Of a DNA stretch of 64,000 bases, positions 12,051-22,700 are shown one piece after another. The stretch spans positions 1,107,104-1,171,103 of the forward strand of contig NMRA01000047.1 in assembly GCA_002633005.1 (NCBI GenBank). Direction: 5' to 3'. Under the pieces are notes generated by a model. The model was not told where the DNA came from. It did not search any database and saw only the letters and a list, made by a program, of their open reading frames with translations. Made by a program: the position numbers and the translations under genes. Within the stretch, counting starts at the first letter, position 1. Every line of letters begins with the position of its first letter. This DNA comes from Phoronis australis (Eukaryota; Animalia; Phoronida).

Positions 12051-13414
12051 GGGCTGTTCCAGCAAAGTCTGCGTGGGAGGGAGGGGGAAGGCAACTGAAA
12101 TAAAAATGTATGGGTGGTTGCGTTTGATTTAAATTCAAAATGGCTGGTGGTCGTACTTCAAAAAAATTAAAATTTACAGGTCATTGTTGTTTCATTGGGC
12201 CATAAATGTTTGATGGTGGGTAATTTTAGTAAATTTTATAAACAATCCGCACAGAATCAAAAACTGAAACAAAAATGCNNNNNNNNNNNNNNNNNNNNNN
12301 NNNNNNNNNNNNNNNNNNNNNNNNNNNNNNNNNNNNNNNNNNNNNNNNNNNNNNNNNNNNNNNNNNNNNNNNNNNNNNNNNNNNNNNNNNNNNNNNNNNN
12401 NNNNNNNNNNNNNNNNNNNNNNNNNNNNNNNNNNNNNNNNNNNNNNNNNNNNNNNNNNNNNNNNNNNNNNNNNNNNNNNNNNNNNNNNNNNNNNNNNNNN
12501 NNNNNNNNNNNNNNNNNNNNNNNNNNNNNNNNNNNNNNNNNNNNNNNNNNNNNNNNNNNNNNNNNNNNNNNNNNNNNNNNNNNNNNNNNNNNNNNNNNNN
12601 NNNNNNNNNNNNNNNNNNNNNNNNNNNNNAGAGGCAAATACTAAAATTGCCACTAGAGGCATACCGGTAGTCAGAATCATCCTAAAGTCGTCATCGTCCG
12701 TTGTCAACATCACATAAATACACTTGCTAAATTTAGTAAAGATCCTGCAAACGGTTTGGGAGATACAGCCATGGGCGCAAAAAAAACAAAACTGCCACTA
12801 GGAGGCGCCACAGTAGTCCAAATCGTCTGAAAATCGTTGTCAGCTGTCTTCCTGATAGTAAGCACATACACGGCAATTTTCACAATCATCCTTTGAGCGG
12901 TTTGGTTGATAGAGGGGTGGATGCACAAAAACAGACTCGAAAACACTAAACATGGCCACTAGGTGGTGCAAACTATGTCGAATCCATCTGAAAACGGCAG
13001 GATAGCGTCATCTCACTAATAAGTGCCTACATACCAAATTTCATGAAAATCCGTTCAGGACTTTTGAAGATACAAAGGTAAGCGTAAAAAACTAAAATTG
13101 CCACTAGGGGGCACACCGGGAGTCGGATTTGTCCGAAAGTTCGCACATGCCGTCCCATTCATGAATGGAACATATGTGCCAAATTTCATGAACTTATGTC
13201 AAAGGGTTTTGGAGATAGAGCAGCGGACGCCGGACGCTGCCCGGACAGACGGACGGACGGACAGAGATGACGGCATAATGCGTCCACATATAAATATGTG
13301 GGCGCATAAAAATTACGGGTGGTAGGCTGAAGAAATAAATGAAAAATATGGGTGGTGGGTGCGAAAAAAAGGTGTCTTCCCCCCCCTCCCATACAGATTT
13401 TACTGGAACAGCCC
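12051..13414. mobile_element. PIF/Harbinger (Tourist)-like MITE hosting a nested element and an N gap
   Basis: Imperfect TIRs of about 40 bp (GGGCTGTTCCAG...CTGGAACAGCCC), TAA on both flanks, internal TGGGTGGT repeats. Confidence 0.8.
12267..13311 (-). mobile_element. Same element family, copy 2 (spans the N gap), nested in the Harbinger-like MITE
   Basis: Same units and terminus as copy 1: (GGAC)n then ATGCGTCCACATA...TATGTGGGCGCAT. The other end, AAACAAAAATGC, abuts the gap. Confidence 0.72.
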
Positions 13415-13632
13415 TAACCGATAAAAGCACATTCTGACTGAAATTACACATTTCAAATCAACATCAACACTTTACAAATAGTCAACTTAATCACTTAACA
13501 AGGCCAAAACGCCCTTCCACACATTATCCGATTGCCAACGCTGCGATGTGAGTGGATGTCACTTCTCACTCATCCACATAATACACAAAGGCCAATTCCA
13601 CATAAAATATTCACCAAGACTTATCACCCCAC

Positions 13633-13760
13633 CTGTTGGAAAATTGTGAGTCTCCGCTGTCAAGATGGCATGGCGGGTGATATCAGTGACTTTGGAGAAT
13701 CGACTCGCCGTGGCTGGATTCTCGGGGTAGAGGAGTGACACTGGGAATCCTTGAATGGCA
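13633..13760 (-). CDS. PFAS: PFAS coding exon 6 (AIQGFPV...TAETHNFPTG)
   Basis: ETHNFPT PurL motif, acceptor ttgtag, donor gtgggg, phase 2 to 1. Confidence 0.95.
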
Positions 13761-14092
13761 CTACAAGTCAAATACAGTAAATAGCACCAAGTTTTCATCA
13801 GCAACACCAACCAACATGATTTTAATTTTACATAAGAATGTATATTGACATGAACAGCAAAGTGACTTCTCATAACATAAAAAGAATTTTTTAGAGACAG
13901 TCATTCTTCCAATAAGATGCATCACCAAATATCTATTCTACTGGGTTCCGTCTGCTTCACGAAGCAGGTGAAAGGATTCTTCTCACAATGTTTGAAAAAT
14001 TAAGGACATAGTAAATCACTAGGTGGTCGATGACGGGCTTTTCAAATAATGTTTGAAACAATAAGGGGGCAGAAAAGCATCGTTAACCATAC

Positions 14093-14233
14093 CTGCTGTT
14101 GTCACAAAACTTGATGACATTGTTCTGATTGCTATGTTTCTGCGTTTCCATCACCATCTGAAACAATGAGTCATCAGCCTCTTTCCCATCCAAGATCATA
14201 CGGCCCTTGAAGAACCAGTGACGACTGTGCTCA
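14093..14233 (-). CDS. PFAS: PFAS coding exon 5 (EHSRHWFFKG...IKFCDNSS)
   Basis: SEHSRHWFF is a PurL-family signature. GT-AG boundaries, phase 2 to 2. Confidence 0.96.
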
Positions 14234-15422
14234 CTGAAACACAAAAAGACCTCCTGAGAAAGAGTGGTGTCAAACATACAGACAAGACAGACAGATTTAT
14301 TTAGCAAATCCCATACAGTTTACCACATACAAAAAGTAAGTAAAACACTAGAACATGAAATAAGCCACAAAAGAGAGAAGCTTCTAATGACTTTTATCCC
14401 ACGAGCACTGCTTTGAAAAGAAAATTGTTTCAAACTGAGGTTAAATATAAGCAAGTGCATGTTGAAAGCTGTTTAGACTGACCTGACCTGACCTTCTGCG
14501 AAAACACAGACTTTTGACCACTTGCAGTAATAAAACTGGTCTCAACTGATTCCTTTCTTAGATTAGAACAACACACAGTTTTAAATTGCCAACTACCCGT
14601 TTGTTACTACATGAGCCCACGGTGGGTACATAAAAAGACCCGCTGAGTTAAACCATCATAATGAGTCAGACCTTGAACTATAACGAACTACCATCTTTTC
14701 TCAAGCTCAGAAATTGTTTCTAATTTTGTGGAAGGAACAATTTCAACCCTTTCTATCATGGCAATTGGTCGAAATCAAATTATTTTTGACAAACGGCTGC
14801 TTCACTGCAGCTCCAAGGCTGACTCCACGACAGAAAATGATGTCCAAATGGAATGAAGTAATCTTAGTTGTGAACTTGAAGCAACTGAAAGTGAACGTTA
14901 TCTTCAAGAAGAGTGCATCTGACTTAGACCACTTATTGCTATAAAATTGATCAAAACTTGTTCCTCACTCAGATGAGAAGTGATATATCGTTCCACAAAT
15001 AAATAGGCTTGTGTGATAGAATTACTTTTCGTGTTGTAAAATTTAACTGAAAGACACACGTTTTTGCATAAATAAAGTCAAAATAATGATAAAACAGAGA
15101 TGAATAAAGAGGAAACTGGAAATCAAATATTAAAGAGGAAATTGAAACCCAAAAAGAGAAAATGCTCTTAAAAGAAGAAAATTACAAGCCCAAAAGAACT
15201 AATAATTCATTATTCCTTGAGACCATGTTCGGCGCATGACATGACAAACCAACTTGTGGTGCCCAGTCACAAGTAATAACAAAGCGTTTGTTGTTTTGAA
15301 ACTCTGGAATCAACTGCAATTTGAGACCGATTTCATAACAAAAAGTGATCTGAATCACAAGTTGGGTTTTACGATTAGAAGACAGGTTAAAGGCCAAATC
15401 GAATTCATTTTCGATAAACGTT

Positions 15423-15613
15423 AACAGATGGATGTTGTTTGCAAACAACACACCAAACGGCATTATAAAACAGATGGATGCTGTTTGTAAACAACACACC
15501 AAACGGCATTATAAAACAGATGGATGTTGTTTGTAAACAACACACCAAACGGCATTATAAAACAGATGGATGTTGTTTGCAAACAACACACCAAACGGCA
15601 TTATAAAACAGAT
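15423..15613. repeat. 46-bp minisatellite, 4 copies, with an internal 18-bp palindrome
   Basis: CAGAT recurs at 15425, 15471, 15517, 15563 and 15609. The unit contains TGTTGTTTGCAAACAACA. Confidence 0.95.
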
Positions 15614-15723
15614 TCCCACATAAAAGTTGTTGATGCTTCATTGTCGTATAGCAACATTCAATCCTGCTTTGTAAGAAATTCGTCTTAAGTTGTTGCCAAG
15701 GCAACAGACCACATACAACTCAC

Positions 15724-15832
15724 CTGTTAGACTGGGCCAGATCAAAGCACTCCACATTGGTCGGGTTTCGTTTGACTTTTTCCCTAAACATGTCCGTGTA
15801 ATAATCTAGATCCCAATCATCAAACGCCAAAC
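15724..15832 (-). CDS. PFAS: PFAS coding exon 4 (GLAFDDWDLDYY...RNPTNVECFDLAQSNS)
   Basis: Conserved RNPT-VE-FDLAQSNS motif, acceptor ttttgcag, donor gtgagt, phase 1 to 2. Confidence 0.96.
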
Positions 15833-16523
15833 CTGCAAAATACCAAATCATGGGCACAAATCCTAAAAAGAATGAGATGAAAAACAAATTTTTACACAAA
15901 AAATGAAACATAGGTTTGTGGAAAACAAGATTTTTTAGGTTGTTGTGAAAACACATAAAACTTCCCAACTGAGAATTTTCAAAACAGCCCTCCACTTAAA
16001 AAAATATCCCCATGGAGCTCACTTGTAAACAAGGTTTAAAACAACCCCCATTAGCGCTCCACGAGGATGGTTTTGCATGCCTGGAATAAAGCATGTACAT
16101 AAAATGGTAAAACAAAGAGATGTCATTCAACTTAATGACATTTTTGGTCTACAAAAGGACAATAAACAAATTTCAAATTGATCGCAAAATGAATCCTAGC
16201 TGGTAGTTCAAGCCCATCACCAAACAGGGTGTTGCAATTGGCAACATAAGTTTCCAAGACAGCCACACACAACCTTTTCTGAGAGAGCGTTGTGAGAACT
16301 TTATGGATGTAAAATCACATCACGAAAATGGACGTTTCTGAAAAAGTGATGGAGCTCTTTTTGGAAATCCTTTGTAGCTGCATGATGAAAATATACTTCT
16401 AATTTCAATAAGAACAATGACACCTGCTGCTAAAATGCAAACACAAATCTAAATGGCTACATCGATACTTTACGAAGCACCACTACAGGTAGCAATGTTA
16501 GTTAACTTAAAATTGCCTCTAGT

Positions 16524-16617
16524 AGGCACAGCACAAGCCTGTAAGGGCACAGCACAAGCCTGTAAAGGCGTAGCACAAGCCTGTAAGGGCGCAACACAAG
16601 CCTGTAAGGGCGCAGCC
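16524..16617. repeat. 21-bp minisatellite, about 4.5 copies
   Basis: Unit GGCRCAGCACAAGCCTGTAAG, next to a PFAS donor site. Confidence 0.93.
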
Positions 16618-16634
16618 CCTCTAAGTCACCATAC

Positions 16635-16951
16635 CCATGTCTTTATTGACTTTCTCTAGCGCCGTACGTCCTTGTTCTATAACATCGACTTCATAAACTT
16701 CATCAGGCATGTGACTGAGGTCAAAGGTCGATATGGGCTTGATATAGCGGCACTGTGTCATTCTGTCATGGAGAGCATTGACAATGGCTAGTTCTTCATC
16801 TTTTTCAAGAAGAGGCTCATCGCCGTGGTGGTTGGATGGGGTCAGCTTGATAAGATAGCGGATGGAGTATTCAAAACGAGTCACGTCATGGAGACCGATG
16901 GATTGACAGATAGAGACGGCATTGGTGGAGAAGGCAGTTGAAAAGTTTAAC
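16635..16951 (-). CDS. PFAS: PFAS coding exon 3 (LNFSTAFSTNAVSIC...LHDRMTQ...LEKVNKDMG)
   Basis: Conserved RLNFST/STNAVSIC and LHDRMT motifs, GT-AG boundaries, phase 2 to 1. Confidence 0.96.
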
Positions 16952-17556
16952 CTAACAACAAAAGAAAATGGATGCCATATAAGGTAAATGAAACTATGAG
17001 ACTCGCACAACAGACAGAACTTAAATTGACTAAATAAAAACTACCACAAAGATGTGCAAATAAAAGACTAAAACTGCATTTTGTCCTGTTTAGCTGACTA
17101 AAAATGAAAAAAAAATCGAATTAGACTTTTTACTGCCATAAATTAGGTGGCATAAAATTCTTTACTGTGACAGTATCCTATTTCACCGACATGAACATCA
17201 AAACCACCAATAACTCAATAACACGCTTCAGACTTTATTGGGGTTCAAAAACCTTAGAATTGGAAACTCTAAAATGGCACCTGTGACTTGAGTTAGTGAC
17301 GAAGTGGGATCCTATCATTGTAAGCAATATTACAAGACCAATTTTATGAGAGTAGAAAGCCTAATTCGATTTTTGTTTTTTAGCCAGCTAAACAAGGTGA
17401 AACACAGCTTCAAGGACAGAACTGTTTCAGTAGATCGAAACTGGTGAATCAATTGAAGAAAGTTCATTAGATAAAAATTTGCAAAGCACGTTTCAGTTTT
17501 ACACATTTTTAAAGCATACCAGGTAAACACAGCAATACGAGCTCAAGCAGGATTAC

Positions 17557-17683
17557 CTGGGACCAATCTCTACAAGAACGGTTGAGCTGCACTCTTGAAG
17601 GCAGGTTTCTGTAGACACACCATCTTCTTCAAATGGAGTCCTTATCAACCACAGTAACTTCTTCTGTTCACAAGCGGACAGTG
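17557..17683 (-). CDS. PFAS: PFAS coding exon 2 (ALSACEQKKLLWL...VEIGPR)
   Basis: Acceptor ccttag, donor CAG|gtaatc, conserved VE(I/V)GPR motif, phase 1 to 2. Confidence 0.93.
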
Positions 17684-18057
17684 CTAAGGTGAACGGATGA
17701 AATTTTGAACGGAACATTTGGCTTGGAAGACCCACCACAAATTTCAAAATAATTTGTAAATTCACTGCACAAACTGCAGATTTTGTAACAGCCAATTTCT
17801 GTGTAAAGCAGCTTTCAGTTCAGGCACTTTAACGTATTTAAATTCATGTAATGATTCTAACACACATTAATTATAAATTAAAGGATGCATGTCACCTTCA
17901 TTATTAGTCGCTTTCAATGACAACCACATTTATGAACACCACAACCCGTTTTGTCATGGAATATCGTCAATAGAAACAACCGAAATCTCACGTTCATAGG
18001 ACTTTCTAACCTTCAAGTTACCATTTAAAGCCCCAAATTTACTTATTGGCCACAAAC

Positions 18058-18214
18058 CTGATTCATTGTCACCACTCTTGAGGACGTAGAAGCATAATTC
18101 TGTCTCCAGTGACTCTATCTGGCTGCCTGGAATGACTGACTTCAGCTTAGCAAGCGTGACTGCATGTTGCCCTGTGCTGATACCTGGTCGACGGTAGAAC
18201 CGAAAGATAGACAT
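18058..18214 (-). CDS. PFAS: Phosphoribosylformylglycinamidine synthase, first coding exon (MSIFRFYRRPG...ETELCFYV)
   Basis: ATG at 18214. Acceptor tctacag lies just upstream (exon starts 18223) and the donor is CAG|gtttgt. The peptide resembles the metazoan PFAS N-terminus (ETELC motif). Phase 1 out matches the next exon. Confidence 0.9.
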
Positions 18215-18289
18215 CTCCAACAGCTGTAGAAAACATATTGGCATGATAATAAAAAGGAATATAGGCAAAAGTCATTTACAGAGGATCTG

Positions 18290-18615
18290 GATTTTGACAA
18301 CCAGCCTGATGCCCGTTATGCGGTGCAGAAAACTGGTCCTAAAAATGCAGGACCTTCTAAGTGACTATCACCCAATGTAGAAAGTCGGACTGAGAACCTG
18401 GATATAATGTGAATTTGATTTCTGGGGGTAATATTTTAAAGAAAATATGTTACCCAGCTTTTTCTAAAGTATTAAGGTAACAGTCCCTTACAGAGGGTCC
18501 ATGGTTTTCTCCACTGAATAATGGGCATCAAATGAAACTGGTTTTCAAAATGTGGGACCCTTGTTAGTTTCTATTGCTAAAAACTGCCACGTTGCCATTG
18601 CTGAACAATCTGCTT
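18290..18615. repeat. Foldback/MITE-like repeat R3 (related copy about 2420-2600)
   Basis: TGATGCCCGTTAT...AAAACTGGT appears forward near 18308 and inverted near 18500-18560. The same motif occurs at 2440-2490. Confidence 0.55.
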
Positions 18616-19691
18616 ATAAGAATATCAGACAGCTCAAGTTATCCATCGGAAAAGGTTTGAAGTATTATGCCCAGCCAAGCAGTTTTTCAGTGACGAAAAC
18701 ACAAATGTTTTAGCCAGAGAGACAAGATGTCCAGAATGAGTCAGGTTTTCCAACAGTTAATTTGTTTTCTCATTTTCTGTATAATTTGTAAGCAAGAAGT
18801 CATGCACAGGATATAGTAAAGTTTCCTGAATTTTGAAGAAACATAATTGCAAAAATAGTCACAATGTTCCATAATTCAATATCTCACTGCATTGTCAACA
18901 ATGCTCAAAATTCCATCATTTGTTTGTAGTTGATGTACAATATAAATGTGTTTATCTTTATAGAAAATTTTTCATATAATAAAATTTCATCGTTCTGCCA
19001 TATCGCGTTCTAAATTGAGAGAGAAATGGACACCAGATTTCATATTTCCCTGTCATGAGCATTTGTAGTTACAGGAATGAGGCTGATATTCGTCTCCAAA
19101 ATCAAGGGATTGAGGGTGTTGAACTGAGCAAAAAAATTTGCGACACAGGTGATTAGGAGATTTAATGTAAAATCAATACATTTAGTGGAGTGTTGGGTGA
19201 TTGGGGTCTGCTCCCAGTTTTCTAACAGGAGTGTATAATATGTTTTGTAAAATACTAGCAGTCGCTCACCAGTGCCGTAGGTTTGATCAGTGACAGTGGA
19301 ACATTGACAGTTGCTCTTGGCCAATGACATTGATTGACACAGCGTCTTTTGACCACTGCCAAACAGCTCCACAAAGACACAGGGAACTAGATGGATTCCC
19401 ATGCGAGTCTCTGATGATAACACACACAAGATTTCTCTGAGTATCTTCCCACTTTTGGAAAGCCGTCGGAAAACACCAGATCCAACCCCGGGGTCAACCA
19501 GTGCAAAACCCAGCACAGAGCTGGTCAAAACATCGTCGGTCGGGACGTTGATCCCGGGACGTGGGTCGATACACAGGAACATTCCAGACCTAAACTCGCC
19601 CAGTATAATGACATACGTATTCAAACGTCAACTAACGACTAAAAATGTCAACTTCTAATCTACAATAAATACTTTGAATCCAGACACTAAC

Positions 19692-19759
19692 CTGCTAACC
19701 GGCTAAGCAGTGAAACACGTGCAACGCCACCTTTTATAGTTTTTAGCGACATCTATCGG
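19692..19759 (-). promoter_or_regulatory. Putative PFAS core promoter and short non-coding exon 1
   Basis: On the minus strand: TATAAAAG (19738-19731), E-box CACGTG, an Inr-like TCACTG about 27 nt downstream, then donor CAG|gttagt at 19692. The first coding exon has an acceptor 9 nt before the ATG, which requires an upstream exon. This assignment is inferred. Confidence 0.5.
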
Positions 19760-22700
19760 TCACGCACTAAGTTATATTGAAGATGGTAGACTATCTGATT
19801 ACACCAGTTCGTTCAGACGAAGCGCATAAACAGTAAACACTGTACAACGTAAACAGTAAACACTGTACATTAAGTCCAGCAATGGACATGAAGGTATACT
19901 ATATTAGTAAGAAAAGATAAAAATATAAGTACAAAACAAGAAATTAGAATGAAAACTAATTTATGCCACCCGACTGAAAAAAATGTGTTGACGAAGTTTT
20001 TTGGAATATAGTACGATGACAGACAGACATTACAACTCGTCGTGAAATAGGGTTGCATAAAATGCTGATATCAAGCGTTGAAATTGTGTCAAGATTTTTT
20101 CCCAGTGGCTTCGAGCGTACCGGGTCTCATGCGGGTCTTTGATGTGCCAAGCCCGGAGTGTGTCAAGTAGATCATCTTCATTGCATTTTTGGCCGACTGG
20201 TGTTGTATCCTCCTATTGTGAAATCAGGATACCCATATTTCTAGAAATTTAGCAAAACAAAACAGCTGGAAGAATACAGCGAGGGCCTTTGACTTCTGCG
20301 ACTAGAGGTTCCCTTTGACCTGTCAGCTTCCAGCCACCGGAAAGTTCCAGTGAGAAGATTTTACTATCAGCTCACTACTACTGCAAACATGACCACCAAT
20401 ACCCTTCAGCTTATCGTCAGTAGGTGTACATATGGGGAGAGGATTTGTTCCCAATATATTCTATTGAACCCACTCGCAGAACGAAGGCACTTCAGGTAAT
20501 TCAGGTAGCTCGATTAAAAGAGAGTCCCATTTTCTGGCCGGACTTGCTGTGAAAAAGTTTTATTCGTTGAACAAAAATTGAACTAAAAACTGAACCTTTC
20601 AAATTGTAGTTTTTATAGCAATAAACATAAAAATATAAAGCCTTTTTTTTTCAAAATGTGCACTTTCTTAAAGAACTTGATCGAAAAACACTTTCTTTGT
20701 TACAGTAAAGCCTTGGTGTGCAACCCTAACTCGATCTCCCGCCATCTGAGCAACAGTCTCGTAAATGTCTCTAATGTGAGTTTCTCCTTGTGAGAGGAGG
20801 AGCAGCCCTGAAATGCCTATGATTGGCCAAGATACAGTGAGCAAGTGTATCGCTTATATTCCATATCTTTACGACGCTTTCAATGCAGGCACAATACCCA
20901 ATCGAAATTCGATCGAGTACTCTCGCGCCTTTCTAGGCTCAGTCGGAAACATGCAAACTAGATACTTCATCTGTATATAATAGAATACTAGTTATAACTG
21001 TGTGTATATTATTTGAATGCCACTGAGTGGTAACAACGGTTAAAATTTTTGAAGGTTCACCCTCGACGAGTTTTCAATTATCTCAGCAACTACGAAGAAC
21101 TTCTTAGATCGTGAACAGTGTAAGCATAGCCCAACCAAATCATAACTTCTTGAATTGTCCTTGTGTAGCCTTGCTAGCTCAGATTATCCAGGAATAGTTT
21201 TAGGTCTGTCCTCACGTGCCGCTGCTGTCTGCCTAACAACTAAGGAGACCGACTTTCATTGTAGCGTAGGATCCGGGGAGCATTCTTCCATCCACTATTT
21301 TTGACAAGAGTGTGCGTATTGGAAATATAAATGCCCGCCCTTTTGGAAATTCAACAATAATATTGAGAACCCTCCCTTTTGATGAAATAGAACCAATAAA
21401 AAGGCCTATTTGTAAAAGTCACCCTAGCGCACACGCTGGTTCATACATTATAATCCTTTTTAAAAATCTCGACACTTTCAGAAGACCATTTATTTGATTT
21501 TTGATTAAACAAAGCTTTGAGCCTAAAAAGTACAACACTAACGATACATTGTATTTGTTATCACATCACATATTAGCAATGAGATCATTTACAAATTGTT
21601 GATTAATTATAGGCATATTCTTAAAGACGTTGTAATTTGCTGAAGAAAAATTATATAAGCTATTTTTCGGAAACAGTTTTCTGACTTAAATGTCACTTTT
21701 TATGAAACGAAGTACATTTCCCGGTGGCACGACTCAACTCTTCTTTGCATTTGTATCGTTTTTTATTAACAAATTTTCATTTTTTTCTATCAATTTATTT
21801 TTATTTGATTGATGAGGTTTCTAAAAACATATCTAAAAATCGAGTCATTGTTTCAATGAAAATAGACCTTAATAAGGCCTTAGAACTCAACTTAAATTTC
21901 ACTCTCAGTGTGCATAAAAGCAAACGATTGAGATTACAATCAATGTTTGCTTAAGTTCACAAGTCCAGTGAAAACTTAAGAAATATAGTTGAATCCCTAT
22001 TTGGGAGTGTCTGATGCAACCGAGTACTCGACAGTGTCCATCAAACCGTAAGAAGAATCCAAAACCTCTCTTTGCTGAGTTTAAACAATTACCATTTTGT
22101 AGAGCTCATAACCTAAAGTGAACGTCTTTATAAGAAACGTAGTCGGAAACGGTACCTCACGAGTCTGTCGTGAAAACCTCTACCATCTGCAGACACTACA
22201 CAAGCCGCCCTCTGGTAGATTTAGCGTGCCTGAAGGGAGGTTCAACCATGACCGCGACATACCACCCTAAAATGTCATACTAGCATTTTTGGATCACGTC
22301 TGGTCCCTTTAAATCCGTCCGCGTTACCTTTACATTGCGGGTGATGTCTGCTAAGAAGAAGGTCCTTCTTTAACTACGGATTTCCCGCGAAAAATTGACA
22401 ACAGTGTGAAATGATGACAGATAGAAAGTTTGTGAAGACGCCCGAGGACAGAATGGCGACCGATCATTAGAAGTTGAAAACAGGAAATTAACTCAAACAA
22501 ACCGGTGGTTTAGAAATTAAGCGGCCACAAAATGTTGAGATATTTTGCATCCTTCCCCTCCCCAGTGAACACCTAAATAGTAAAACAGAGTCCCTCCAAA
22601 GGCGCAGAGGCCCTAAGGTGTTTGGACCCCTCTCTCAGCCATTTTTATTGCAGTACTGAGCTGAGGCATATATAGTCCCCACTTGTTACACCGCTATGTC

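Noticed and set aside
12192-12713. Long ORFs spanning the N gaps (also 53451-54277)
   Set aside because: They are artefacts of translating Ns. Only the short THAP-like and opposite-strand starts at the second gap are informative.
19040-19624. 194-aa minus-strand ORF in PFAS intron 1
   Set aside because: It starts at a non-ATG codon and has no recognisable domain or splice support. It is probably chance or repeat-derived.
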